DNA of 64,000 nt. It comes from Takakia lepidozioides. Lineage: Eukaryota; Plantae; Bryophyta. A program made the position numbers and the translations under genes. Below are positions 11,181 through 25,200 of the stretch, in pieces. Numbering within the stretch: position 1 is the stretch's first letter; each line of letters starts with the position of its first letter. The stretch is taken from contig CM060734.1 in the NCBI GenBank assembly GCA_030704615.1, positions 8,742,001-8,806,000 of the forward strand. The letters are read 5' to 3'. The notes beneath the pieces were generated by a model. That model saw only the letters and a program-made list of their open reading frames with translations. It searched no databases and had not been told where the DNA came from.

Positions 11181-14025
11181 GACACACTTGTATAGATGTG
11201 GCTTGCCACAAAATTTGCAATAAAATGTTGCATTTCATTGCTATGACGAGTCCAATGGTGCCACATTCCAACTTTAAATGACCCTATTACCGTGCCTCCT
11301 AACCCTATTTCCGTGGACACACAATTGTCCGCTCATGTTTTTTTTTTTTTCCGCTCATGCTCATGCCGCTCATGAAATAGCAGCCCCCCACCCACGCGTG
11401 CTGGACATTATGACAGATCTAGGATACCCCATTGATTCTATTCAACTTATTGGCAATATTTACACTAACAGTACCACCAAATACTCTAGCTCCTACTACG
11501 GCCCCACCCCCCCTATGCCCATATTGCGTGGTACCATTCAAGGTGACACACTGAGCCCATATCTATTTATTATTTTTCTTCAACCTCTGGTGCGATGGCT
11601 TGCTCGCGGCAACCTCGGATACCAGTACAAAACTTCTTCCAATGAAATCTCTGCAGCAGCCTATTCGGACGACCTAGCCATTCTTGCACACAAACCTCAA
11701 CACCTCAACTGACAGGTTGACAAACTATTCCGCTTCAACCAGTGGTCAGGGATGGAACTAAGCCTACACAAATGTGCGGTCACCGCTGCTACACACCAAA
11801 GCAAATTCTCAAAATCCACGATAGCCTCCCACTGCAAGCTATACATACACTATCAACAAAAACCATTCCCCTTCTTTAGCCCCAAGCGAACCCTATACTT
11901 ACTTAGGCATACAATTGGTTTCCTCGCTCACATGGCATATACAGAAGAGCACAACCCTATCCATATTAACCAACAAGAGCTTAGCCTTACTCAAATCTCC
12001 GATCTCCATCCGCCCTAAATTAGCTATCATCCAAAAAGTCCTCAATCCACAAGTCCAATACGCATTTCATGCGGCCCCCTTCTCTTTATCTGACATTAGA
12101 CTACTTGACAAAAACATTATTCAGCTCACCAAACGCATTTGTGGTCTACCTATTAGTACCCCAAATGCTCTCACTCAGCTCCCACAAGATAGTTATGGGA
12201 GAGGATCTAGCCCCCTGATTACATCATATGCCCGCACCCTTGGCTCATAACTCCTCGAGGCCCTCAACGACCCTAGGGCTATTTTTAGAGGACTCCTTAA
12301 ACACTTGGCCCATAAATATAATGGACTGTACTCCCTCCCCTCTCTCCACCCTCAATCCTGCCTTCACTCCCCTACCGCTCGCACATTGTTCATCTTACGC
12401 CAAATGAGAATCAGCATACAAACTGACCTCCCGGGCTACCCCAACTCCATATCACCACTTGAACGCGCGTGGCTCAACAGCCCATTCCTCACACAATTTG
12501 AAACTTTATACCCCCGTCAAAGAAAACTTATCCTTGCCTACTTCAAAGCACGCCATATTACTAATCTCACCCAGCTCACTACAGCCACTGGGAACCGACT
12601 GCTAACTCCATGCCAATTTACCTTGAAACATTCTCGTGCTACTATCAAAACACGCAGATATCTGCTTCACCTTTGTTCCCTATTCTGTCACCCAACTATC
12701 TCTTGTACCCTTGATTGTGACCTCCCCTACTCACTTTTTCCCCACAACCAACAAGATTTCATCCCAGAATTCCGTTCTGCCCCAACCGCCTCTATACTCC
12801 AACAGCTTAAAGCCTCCCAATATACTCCTGCTCGACCTTCCCAGGACTCCTCTCCCTTCTCCTCACCCACATCCCCTCCCCCAACGTCGCAACTAGTTGC
12901 CAATACAAATATTATCCTCTCGACTCCCCACTAGTAGCTACCCCTCCTCACCCAACCAGCCCTGACCATCCCGAGGCCTTCATCATTGAGGCCATCCTTG
13001 GCATCAAAACCCAAACCTCACTCGATGCATTTGGCGCTACTGGTGTTGATACATACTACCTTTGTAAATGGGCAGGCTTTTCTACAGAAGACAACACGTG
13101 GCAAATCGAAGAAGACCTCTTTGGGCCTACGAAGACTGCGATCCCGCCCATAACCGTGATCTTCTAATCAAATTCCACAAACAAACTAACACCAAATATC
13201 TAGCACACACCCACCAACACCACTCCTCCCAAACCCAATTGATAGACGCCCGCTACATCCACACCTCCCTAGCTGCCCAAAATCTGCATATACAAACCAC
13301 CGAATGTAACCCAGACAAAGACATTGCGCATGATTCCCCCATCATATGCCCTAGTCCTAGTATGTCCAATATATACACACTCAGCGGCAGTTTTGCCGGG
13401 TCAATTTCCAACATCAGTCTTGCCTGGCTCTGGTCTCAATATTCCACTTCCACCCCTCATACTACCCCATTACAACCGCCAAAGCAAGACTTTGCCACGG
13501 AGGTCTGCTAGCTTATATTAGGCCGGTACCTTCGCGACACCCCCCCCCCCCAAAAAAAACCCCGCACTCTCGATAAACTAGCACTTGCATATACTCATAG
13601 CACCATCCCACTAGACATCCTCAAACTTCTCATCACCACATTTCAGCTTACACACTCCTTCTATTCTAGCCCCTCACGTGCCCCCTTGAGCTTTCCTCCT
13701 ATGATAGCCCGCATCCCAGAGACTGTGTACTAGGAGCCCTTGGTTCCGCTATCCAACACACTTGGTCCGGAGGTGGCCTCGCGCACCCACCACCCGGGCT
13801 CCTCACCCATGAGGCTCTACAATGGGCGCGCCTCACCGCCCATTCATCCCCCTCCGCCATCACTATCCTTATTCTCACTCACAAAGCTTACCTAATCACC
13901 AACACCACCTTCTCCAACTCCCCCCTGAGGTGACGCCACTAGCCGCCATTGAATCCAACCATCTCCGCTACAGGCGCACCCTGCCCTTCCCCAAATATCT
14001 CCGCCACAAATAACCCATTCTAACC

Positions 14026-14964
14026 TGTTAGAGGGCTGCTTGGGACTTAGACGCTTTTATGGGTTCTGTGGGGTACCCTTAATTTTTGCGCAGACTGAGA
14101 CCAACAGGAGTCTTAGGGGTGGTAGGAGCAAGCTTTAGGGGGGTTACACAGCCCGACACAGCTTCACACAGCTTTACACAGCCAGTCACAGCCTGACACA
14201 GCTTCACATAGCCCGACACAGCTTCGCACAGCCAGTCACAGCCCGACACAGCTTCACACAGCCCGACACAACTTCGCATAGCCAGTCCCAGCCCGACATA
14301 GCTTTACACAGCCAGTCACAGCTCGGCACAGCTTGACACAGCCTGTCACAGTACATGGGGAACAGTTATCATTGACAGGGAACGACATCTGCATAGGGAC
14401 CGTGTTACTTTAGGGATGACGGTTAGTTAGTTAGGTGGTTAGAACAGTTTGCGGGTAAATTAGGAGAGCGGCAACGGGAAGGGGATCACTTCGAGGAGAG
14501 GGCGACTTGTTCAGGAGAGGAGGAGACGTAACGGAGAGCGGGGAAACAGTGTAGAGGAGATGATGACTTGAATGAGGCTTAGTTCATGCAAGCTGTAGAA
14601 TTATACAGTAGGATAGAATAGAGACACCATGGCATAGGCATGAAACATGACTAATCTTAATCCGATACTGAATCGATACAAACATAGTGTGTACAGAGAC
14701 ACGAGAGAAGCTGTGGAATGAATGCATGATTAACTGGAACTTAGTAGATACTGAAGCAATCTGATGCTTCAGTATACACGGTAAGGTAAATTGATAACAT
14801 GAAGGCAAGAAGGAATACAAATAGGAAGCACAACCATGATTCACTAGCTACAGGTCATGACTGATTGTTCTGAGCGGGCTGAGTGCTTAGAGATATCCAA
14901 CTCTTCTATCTTGGAGTTTCCACCTCGGATAGCGAAGGGATGGGTGAGTAAAAGCCGCTCGACA
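14026..14964. mobile_element. Solo LTR (939 bp) inserted in the LINE
   Basis: TGTT...GACA ends; perfect 5-bp TSD TAACC (14021-14025 / 14965-14969). Confidence 0.9.
14146..14351. repeat. 10-bp minisatellite (ACACAGCYNN-type) inside the solo LTR
   Basis: About 20 units such as acacagcccg / acacagcttc / tcacagcctg. Confidence 0.9.
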
Positions 14965-16179
14965 TAACCCTACTGTTGCTAGTCCAGAAGCCCCCCTGCA
15001 CCTCCATACCCACAGACTTCCCCACTCGCCTCAATCATCTCTTGTCCGGTACCCATGGCATGTCCCTCACCATCTACCCACCCTCACCACCGCATAGTCC
15101 TCCCCCCAGATCAACTTATAGGCCAAAACCGAACAAAGTTTGGGCTATGCCCCCCCCCCCGCCCCTATCACCATCCACAATATAACCTCCACGGATGCCC
15201 CCCTGGTACATTTGGGGCCTATCGCCCCCAAATACCCCCCACTTCATTCACACTATACTGAAAAACGCCAAAAATATGCACCGTTTATCATTGCTATCCG
15301 CCGCCGTGGCTGGGTCACATGCCCACTTACTGTTATCACTGCCGTACATAATGCCAACATCTTTGCATTTCAGAACAACTTTAAACTCCCCATCACTTCT
15401 ATTCATAAATGCTTCAAAGCCATACACCTCACGACGTTTCACTCCCTCACAACTATCATCACCAATAAGCGACAACTCGAATCCAATCCCTCTTCGGTAC
15501 CCCAGGGTACCCTAGGTCCCTAGGTACCACTACTCCCTGGCCACTTGGTGTCCCCTGGACACCTGTTTTCTTTATAGGCCCACCCCCAAAAGGGGCAGGT
15601 AGCCGTAAGGCGAAGTGGCTCTTAGTTACGCCGGTTTCGGCCGGAGTCTTCTCTCTCTGCCATGTGTTATGTATTGAGAGCTTAGGGCCCTCCATGATGT
15701 GATGAAGTCCATACATTCATCTAAGACGAATACATCTCTTCCAGTCCAACGATTTAAAATATTCACCGTTGTGTTTATTCATGCCACATGTCATTGCTTT
15801 TGGTCATTGTGCCAACTCAGATAATTGACCACGACCTTTGTGGATTACCCTACATCAAATTTTGCCTTGTTTCACACTTCTATGTAATATGCCATGTTAA
15901 ATATTCTACATCTTGGAAGGTCAATGTACCACCTCATCCCGTTGACTCTCAAGGTGTGGTATGATCCCATAAAGTGTGACACATCCCACACTTAGTGCCT
16001 AGGTTGGTGCCACACTTTGGCTCATTCCACATAGATGTGAATAAGTTACGATATGTGCAAAGTATGAGGTATTTTTTGTGTGAAAAAAACCCATTTCTCC
16101 TCGAGTGCGTGATGACATACATCTGCCTTTTTGTGCACTCTAGCAACGGAAGCTCAAGCTAGTCCATCCCATGGGATTG

Positions 16180-18587
16180 GTCATGACGATAGTGTGCATG
16201 ACGATCCAGAGATCAGTGAGGAGCTTGGTGGTGCTAATGATGTGCATGAAGATGCAGCAATGTTGGCCTACCTGAACGTACTGGAGAGACAGCAGCCAGT
16301 GTGACTGCTAAGGAGAGAGATCGGATCCTACAACGGGCCAAGAGGTTCAAGTGGGAGGGGACTCACCTACTCCGGGTATGGGAGGATGGACGAGTGAGGA
16401 TTGTGCCTCATCCAACACAACGAGCGTGATTGGTATGTCATGCCCATGAGGAGTTGGGACATTTTGGCGTGCGGCGCACTGATAGTTTGCTGCAAGGGCA
16501 GTACTAGTGGCGGGGCATGCACACGGATGTGCAGCACTTAGTGGCAAGGTGCATGGTGTGTGATAGGGTGCATGCTTCCTTCAATGCACCTACTCCACAA
16601 TTGCATCCTTTACCCATTATGGATTTGGGCTATCGTTGGAGTCTTGACTTCATAGGCCCATTGTCACCGACGATTTGCCATAACAAGTATGTGCTGGTGA
16701 TGGTGGAACTCTTCTCCAAATGGATTGCACGGGTGGTATTGCCTGACAAGGCTAGTGAGGGGGCTGCGTATGCATTCTTGGATCGTGTTCTTAGCCGATT
16801 TGGTGCTCCAGCCGAGGTACTCACGGACCAGGGGAGAGAGTTATTGGGAGAGTTTCAGGCTTTGTGTGAGCAAGTCTTGATAGATCACCGCACTATTTCT
16901 CGGGATCATCCCGAGGCTGATGGCTTGGCGGAGAGAGTTGTTCAGACAGTCAAGAGAGGTTTGCGCAAGTACGGTTTGCAGAAGGGACACATAGGAGATT
17001 GAGACCTTTAGCTGCCTTGGTTGGCTATGGACTATAGGTTCAGCAAACAAGTGTCACTTGCCTCATTCTCACCTTACTTTCTTCTTTTCGGCCGAGAGCC
17101 AGATTTGCCTGCATCTATTCGCAGGGAAGCTGCAGTAGTCCTCAACCTTCATGATCCGGAGATGTGGACACAAACATGTGACCAGTGGGCAGAGTTGTTC
17201 AAGAGAGTCATGCCTATGGCTTTTGAAAACCTTGCTATTGCCCAATACCGAGACACATTGAGGTATGCTACTATAGGGTCGTTGCAGCCTATAGTGTCCA
17301 TTTTTTGCTGTCGCAGCACAGTTTTTCCTTCACATAGACTGATGGTATACATTCACACTCTTCAATCGAATGGAATATTTGAATAAAAGACTCTAAAGGA
17401 TAATATGCACTAAAGGCTTCACCCACTCTTTCAAGTTTCATTTCAACATACTAAGTATATTAAAAGCTAATGACTTCTTAAAAAGTCCTTAGTAAAAAGT
17501 CGTAGTCCATAATCTGATGATTATGTACTTTGTTCTTGGTCATTTTCAATGCCACTATAAAAAATGACTCACATTATGATCACCCCCATTTTGAGGAATC
17601 TATAATGCCTTATCTTACACTAAAATATGTAGTCCATAAAATGTTAGGGACTTTTGAAGAGCATAAAAATCAGTTATTTTTGTATTAAGCTTTACTACAT
17701 GAAAAACATAGATTTACAAGAACTGCCTTCACAAAAAACACGCATTTCCCATAGGTTGAGGGCATAGATGAATAATTTGAGAATTTCGTTTTTTTTTTTT
17801 TAATTTTTTTTTAAAAGCCCGCCCATATTTTTTTGACACGGTACTTTTGGCCGACGGTCTAGATCGACTTCATCCGACGGTCCAAAATTTTATTTTTCAA
17901 AACTCGCACCAGCTTAAGGACATCTCATGTACTCGTGATCGTGTCGCATTATGGACACTCTAGGCTGCAATCACCTTATACATGGAGGAGGGTATCGACC
18001 GGGGGTTCGGAGATTCAGCCCTGGGGACTATGTGTATGTGCAGTAGACAGCACCTGCGATCTTGGACGTCATAGCAGGGCATGTGATTCTATGAGTACGG
18101 GAGGTGTTGCCTTTGGGAGTGTTGATTCTGGAGGGTCGAGATGGCATGGTATGGAAGAACCATGTGCGCAATTGTGCGCCATGTCACCTTCCACATGTGG
18201 ATGGGAGGGTAGATCCCAACCGTGCAGTGGTCCCTGCAGGGTTGCGTTGCATGTTATGCGGGCATGAGGTTCCTAATGGAGAATGGTTGCGTCCACAATG
18301 TCTTTGACAAAGGTAGCCTGACATGGCAATGGTGAGGCTGACAAGTGATCCAAGGTCTAGCTAGTGGGGCTTCAATGCCATGGATACTCAACTAAAGATC
18401 ATGGATTGCAGGAAGACGAATAACGATGGTGCTACTTACCTGACCTCTTGATCTATCGACTTCAGATGCTGGGACTTGTGCGATTGAAGACCAAACGATG
18501 ATTTTATTGGGGTGGATACTTATGAGCTATCCGGTGTTAGAGGGACCTAATCACTAGCTAGGGGGGCGATTGTGGCATAGCTTTTTA
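16180..18587 (+). mobile_element. Ty3/gypsy remnant A1: integrase (HHCC, core, partly deleted PHD), PPT and start of 85-bp terminal unit X (continues at 30202-30277)
   Basis: HEELGHFG..CMVCDRV, WSLDFIGP, VLTDQGRE, DGLAERVVQT; PPT GGGGGGCGAT 18561-18570, then TGTGGC; closely similar to 41824-43317. Confidence 0.9.
17276..17976. mobile_element. Non-autonomous TIR element (MITE-like, 701 bp), possibly Sola-type
   Basis: 26-bp imperfect TIR GGGTCGTTGCAGCCTATAGTGTCCAT / (rc) AGGTGATTGCAGCCTAGAGTGTCCAT; 4-bp TSD TATA; the empty site is visible in the paralog (gccactatacatgg at ~42552). Confidence 0.88.
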
Positions 18588-19270
18588 GGGGGGTGCTATT
18601 CCGTGAGCCTGGAGGCGTGAGCCTGTGAGCCCAGGAAACCGTGAGCCCAGCACAGGCTCACGCCACGTCAGCATACATACAGGGCCTATTTCCGCGGGTG
18701 TCACCTATTTCCGCGGGTTGATCAGCCATTTCCCGGGAATCCATAGTGGATACGTTACATCCATTGTATCCATTGCATCCATGCAGACGTTATCAACATA
18801 CCAAGCCCTCACAAGTTTATGTGGGTACGTCGTGAGGAGGTGCACACTGACATGATCTAAAGAGGAACCTTGCGAAATCTTTTCTTACTCACCACCCTTG
18901 CGAACATGCCAGGTATGTGCGGGACATCATGGATGCTCATTAGATTTGAGAATGCCTCATAGCTCTTTGATGAGGTGGACTTCACCGTGATGGATTCACC
19001 AACCATTCTTCTAGTAGGAATGGTTTGGAGACCAACGACCACGAACCAAAGTCGTTTGTTTGTTTTTGCAATGCACTCAAGTCTGTGAGGTCCAGAAAAC
19101 ACTAAATAGATTGAAGGAACAATCCGGGCAGTCCATGCAACCCCCATCTCCAACAATAGTTTGTTCCCATTAATGTGCATTCCACGCACACATTGCAAAC
19201 AGGACAACAAGGACACACAACCATCCCATTTCAAATTTGGCCCCGAATAAAACCAAAAGAAAACTTCATA

Positions 19271-22200
19271 TCAAGTGTCACAGTCATCAGAATCAGTCTC
19301 GACCTCCTGTGCTATGTCATCCACAAAGATTTTGGCCCCAACACCACGTCTTCTACCACGGCCGTCGATGGGTGGACTCCGAGTGCCATGAACGGTCATG
19401 CTTGTTGCGAGTGCCTCTGCATAGACAGGTAGCACGCAAGACCAAGGAGGACTGGAAAGAAGTCCAAATAGGTGTGATAGCCGTGGAGGGCAAGTGGAAG
19501 CACGCGGACTCCTGCACATGTCGACAAAAACCCATTCAGAACACAATATGCAATACACAAGTCCAACGAAGAGGATGTCTGCCATGTGAACTTTGCCTCA
19601 AGAAGAGTGATTCTCGATATTGAAACAACAATGCAAGCATCCACAGGTTGAACTTACTCACAGGCAAAGTCGGAGTCCAGCTCCTTGTCGGAAGTCTCCT
19701 CTGTATCAATATCAGCGGGACGGGGCTTCGGAAGGACTTGAGAAGTGTGTCCACCCAAACCCATCAGGAGGTTCTTGTAAATCTCAGCATCCCCTTCAAT
19801 CCCAAAGAGATGTCGGGCACTGGCCTTGCAAGCGTGGTACGAAGCACCTGCAGTGGAATAGAATGAAGGAAGCAGACATTGAAGACACATATGGAACGGT
19901 GGGAAGTACTGAAAGTGCAAGCTCAATCAAACCAAGAGACAAACCTGTGCCCATTGACAAATCCAGAACTCTGGCGTCTGTGTAGGTGCAGCACTCCACA
20001 ATCGTTTGAATGAAAGTCGGGCTCCTCTCCCTCGCCCCTCTCCAAGGAACCTCATTCCCCCTTCGCAAGCAGACGTTGTTGTCGACGTAGTTGTGGTGCA
20101 TGTCATCCATGGGAGGATCTGTCCTGTCGTCTATGAACTTGCCCCCATGAGTGATGGCGAACTCCGAAATGTCGGCCGGAGTCGTTGGTGGATGCACTCG
20201 GACGAGACAAAACAGCTTCAAACAAACGAGTCTGCGAACAACACATCCAGAAGGAACTAAGAAGCTTCAAAAATCAGGACCCTACATATGAGTTCGAGCG
20301 ACCTACACAACTCCATCCGAGAACCACCAAGAAGAGGAAGAAGAAGGCAAATTTACCATCTCTCCCGGACGATCCCCCTTCGTAAGGTACATGCTGTTCA
20401 CACAATTCCATGTCTTCAGGACTCTCATGCCCGAGGCTTTCAAATAGCTGGCAAGTGCACGGCGACAGCGAATGTCGGCGGACTGTATGAGCACCAAAAC
20501 ACCTGCATCGGACAGGAAAAAATTGCAAAAGGAGAAAACCCACCGCCAGTAGCGCTCATCAAAAGCATTCCAACCCGGACAAGCACCCGATGGAGGGACA
20601 TCCGGGACTGCCAACCCATCAGGGATGTCCAAGATTATGAATTCGGCTGCATATTGCTTCTCCTTCCCGTTCACCCAGGATTTGGTCATTTTAGCCTGCA
20701 AACAAAATTACAATGGAATACTCAAGAGGATTGAAACGATCCATGCCCACTGCAGAGAAGAAGCAAAAGAGAACACGCACCGTGCCGAGGAACTCTACAA
20801 TCCTCTCCCACACTGGTGATGGCTCGCCCTTGTAATCAGATTTCTTGGACTCCATCATGGCAAGGAATCCGACGTTGGCCATCTCCAACCTGGTAGGGCG
20901 AATGATCCTCGTCGGATGTTCCACTGCATGGTACGGGTCCTTGGGATCAACCACCCCCTTGTTCTTTCTCACGGATCCCCTACCATGCGGTGGAGTCTGC
21001 TGGACATGCACCACTGGGCCAATATCTGCAACACTTCCCTGCCCTTGTGCCACCTTCCCTCTACCCCTTCCTTTCCCTACAACACCAGCAACATCTTTTC
21101 CCTTTGCCTTTCTACCTCTACCCGGGGTATCCTGAGCGGGAGGCTCCTTCTCTGCAAGAGTCCTCCAATTTCATTCATGAATGTTGAGGTCGGCTGCTGC
21201 GGCAGTGGCTGCAATTCGCTCATTCTCTCTCCTCAAAGACACCTCCGGAGCTGGGGTCTCAGAAGGAGGGCAATCCAAATACCAACCACAAGAAGAAAGA
21301 TGGTCTGGGCCCCAGTCATGCAAGATCCCAGTAGTAAACATGGTCTGATTGCCAGCAGGTCCACGAAATCTGGATGTTTGTCCAAGCAATTCTCTTCCAT
21401 GAGAACAAACTTTATGTACCTGCAGGAATAGAGACAGCCTCATTATGCAATGCAATTATTGTCTCTCAGCTTTTCCATCACACCAGGAAGACCCCCTTAA
21501 ACTGTATGCGTCACAGTACATTGCAACCACAGCACACTAAGTAGCCTGAACGGCCCAGGGTGTGCACCTGTAAAGGCATCGTTTCCAGGCTTCCTCTCCT
21601 TTTTCTTGCTGGTCAAGGTCATGTGTTCGACTGATGTCACCCTCCTTGCTGAACTCTCTAAAGAAACAAGAGTGCCACACTGTGGCTCTCCATTTCCTCA
21701 TGTATGCTTCGAAGGAGACCTTCGGTGCTGTCATAGTGATGCCATAGTCAGCCAGCTGAGTATGCAGAACCGACCGTGCCCTTTCTTCCAACTGCAAAAC
21801 AATTCAAATGCAAGAATGAACCAAAAAAAATCATAGCGAATGTGAGAGGCAATGGAAAGAGAAGGACAGGAAAAGAGAAAAGAAAGTGACACAGGAAAGG
21901 ACATCACACCTGGCTCCAGTAAGTGGCCTTGTGAAGCCATGTGTCCAGCACATTGTCACTGACAGGAATGACACGCTGGGTCTTCTTCTCTTTCTCCGGC
22001 CTGGGGAACATGTGGGTATCCCTAACTGTGGGATCGGAGTTCCATATCTGTAGCCACTTCACCTTCTGTTCTGAAGACACAACGGCGTCAGACAACCTGT
22101 GTAACTTCTCCTGGGCCATCTCTAGCTTGCCTGGCTTGTTATAATGGTTTTTTTTATCTCCAGGAGAAACTGCGATCCGAATGATGGGTCGGCAATTCTC

Positions 22201-25200
22201 AACCGCTTCACAAAAGCACTCATTATAGTCCTTCTTGTAGCGGTCATCTCTTTTTGGATGTGACTCTCAACCCCCTTTGCTGTCCTTCTCTCCTCAGGGG
22301 TTGACCTGTAGTATTCCAGTTTGCCACGCTCCCCTGCATCTGCAATGTCTTGCTGCAAGGGAATGCACGAGAGTTGCATCAACCCAAGGGCAAGGGAAAC
22401 AAACAGAAACAAACATGTGGAAGCAGGAATATGGAAAGGGCAGATGAAGGAAGATGTATCTCACCGTGTACATGTACTCCATGAAAGCCTCACGTGTCAA
22501 CGAGTACCACGTTTCCGATGTCTTGGAGCTTTCGCACTTCTTGTACGTCTCTGCTGAAAGGATGGTCTTGAAGTTGGTCAAGGGCATCTGCCCAATCCTT
22601 TGTATCCTATACAGTGTGTGAACCAGACTCGTTTTGACATGCGATGTCTCCGTTCCTCTGCAGAATGATTTCTGAAAGTCAGAATGAAATTCAAGGACTT
22701 TAATCAAAGAACCACGGAACTACAAGTGGAACATGTAGAATGAGAAACCAACCTGTTCACATCATTCATTGCCATCAGAAGACCCATCATGTTCCCCTCA
22801 CAATCCAGCACCATCGATCGAACAGAGTAATGCCACTCTTCCTCCCGTGAGTGCAGCCTCCCAATAACAGCCATCCATGCAAGCAACCGGTGGTTCCCAT
22901 CCCAAACGTGAAACATCTTCCCCGAGAATGCCTGGGTGGAAGGTTTCCTGGAGAGAAGAAGTTCGAAGGATTCGTTCACCTGTCTCCAAATAGGATCCCA
23001 GGAGTCCACGATTGACTCATCCACAAGGAGCTCATTGCCTGTGGAATCCTTTGTACAAACGTAATCTATCCAAATACCCATGAACAAAGCCTCTAGCTTG
23101 AGAATGTCCTTGATGAGGGGTGGTCGAACAACGGGCATGGAAACCATCCTACACAGGGGAATCTTACTTTGCACCACAAGCTGAGAGTTTACCTTCTGAC
23201 CCCCCAGCATCTCAGCGGCTTTGCTTTCATAGAACTCATCGTCAACATCAACAATGATCTCCTTCCCCAGCCCCGAAGGGATCTCCTCCGCCACACTTTG
23301 CATCTTCTCCTGCAGGGTTGTCCATTCAAATTGATATAAGAGTGAGGCATGAGACGATGGTGTTTGAGCATGGGAGACAGGCCATGTGTGGAAGAAAAGG
23401 TGAGCTCAAACAGTGTGCGTTGACGCACACTGTTTGAGCTGCAAGGTAAGTGTTCATTGAACCTCAAAGACATGCCACGTAAGTGTTCATTGAACCTCAA
23501 TGAGAAGCCCTTAGTGGCCGATTTTCAGATGAAAAAAAAAGAAAAAGTGAGCTCAAACAGTGTGCGTTGACGCACACTATTTGGGCTGCAAGGTAAGTGT
23601 TCAGTGAACCTCAGAGACATGCCATGTAAGTGTTCATTGAACCTCAGAGACATGTCAGGTAAGTGTTCATTGAACCTCAAAGAGAAGCCCTTAGTGGCCG
23701 ATTTTCAGATGACAAAGGCAATGACAAGGTGAGCTCAAACAGTGTGCGTTGACGCACACTGTTTGAGCTGCCAGGTAAGTGTTCATTGAACCTCCGAGAC
23801 ATGCCCAATATTGCCGAATTTCATAGGGGAAAAATAGTGACAAGGTGTGCTCAAACAGTGTGCGGCAACGCACACTGTTTGAGCTGCCAGGTAAGTGATG
23901 ATTGATCCTCAAATACAAACCCTATGTGGCCGATTTTTAGATGACAAAGGCAATGACATGGTGAGCTCAAATAGTGTGCGTTGACGCACACTGTTTGAGC
24001 TCACCAGGTAAGTGTTCATTGAACCTCCGAGACATGCCCTGTATTGCCGAATTTCACAGGGGAAAAATAGTGACAAGGTGTGCTCAAACAGTGTGCGGCA
24101 ACGCACACTGTTTGAGCTGCCAGGTAAGTCATGATTGATCCTCAAATACAAACCCTATGTGGCCGATTTTCAGATGACAAAGGCAATGACAAGGTGAGCT
24201 CAAACAGTGTGCGTTGACGCACACTGTTTGAGCTGCCAGGTAAGTGTTCATTGAACCTCAGAGACATGCCATGTATTGCCGAATTTCACAGGGAAAAAAC
24301 AGTGACAAGGTGTGCTCAAACAGTGTGCGGCAACTCACACTGTTTGAGCTCCCAAATAAGTGTTCATCGATCCTCAGAGACATGCCCTATGTGGCCGATT
24401 TTCAAATGAAAAAGGCAATGATAAGGGTAGCTCAAACAGTGTGCGCCAACGCACACTGTTTGAGCTGCCAGGTAAGTGATGATTGATCCTCAAATTCATA
24501 CCCTATGTGGCCGATTTTCAGATGACAAAGGCAATGACAATGTGAGCTCAAACAGTTTGCATTGACGCACACTGTTTGAGCTGCCATGTAAGTGATGATT
24601 GATCCTCAAATACATGCCGTTTGTGGCCGTTTTTCAAATGAAAAAACAATGACAAGGTGGGCTCAAACAGTGGAGAATTGAACTGGGCATAGTGGCCCTA
24701 TCTGGCCGTTTTTCACACTATCAACCAAGTAAAATGCGGGGCTCAAACAGTGTGCGTCAACGCACACTGTTTCAGCATCCAATTCGTGGTGGATTTAACC
24801 TGCCGTAGTTCCCCAATTTGGCCGTTTCGCACATCAACAAGCCAGCAAAATGGAAGGCTCAAACAGTGTGCGTCAACGCACACTGTTTGAGCTTCTTGTT
24901 TGCGGTTGATGCAACTTGGCAGAGATGTCGTGTGTAGACTATGTTCATATCGAAATAGAATCTCAACTTGGGTTCACATCAGCAATGAAGCACAAAGGTG
25001 GGTTTCAAAGATTGAACCTTTTTTTTGGCTGCTCCAGAAGACTCCCCAATCGCCGGGGACCCTTTGCGCTTCGGACTGCTCTCCACGCCTCGCATGTTCT
25101 GGAGCATCTCCCCCATCCTCTCTTCCACTATTAGGTTCTTTGTGAGGCCAGCGTCAACATCATCTTCGGCGTCTGCCTCTCCCTCGGATGCAGTGTCCTC

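Larger units (their letters stand above)
5968..11388 (+). mobile_element. Element E1: ParB-MTase-carrying DNA transposon (left end not found)
   Basis: Right end GCTCATGCTCATGCCGCTCATGAAATAGCAGCCCCC (to 11388) is identical to the end at 49827 and abuts a LINE RT that resumes mid-domain (HPRVLDIMTDLGY). Confidence 0.75.
11389..15720 (+). mobile_element. Degraded non-LTR retrotransposon (REL-endonuclease type, RandI/Dualen-like): RT, chromodomain, adenine-MTase-like domain, REL-like C-terminus
   Basis: RT motifs RGTIQGDTLSPYLF and AAAYSDDL; chromodomain IEAILG..YLCKWAGFSTEDNTWQIEEDL (~12985-13120); FYSSP..YDSPHPRDCVLGALGSA..W.GGGLAHPP..ALQWA (~13650-13830); KRQKYAPFIIAIRRRGWVTCPLTVIT (~15260-15340). 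Confidence 0.75.

Noticed and set aside
23402-24893. CRISPR array (palindromic repeats at regular spacing)
   Set aside because: Eukaryotic context, no cas genes, and the ~78-bp spacers are homologous to each other.
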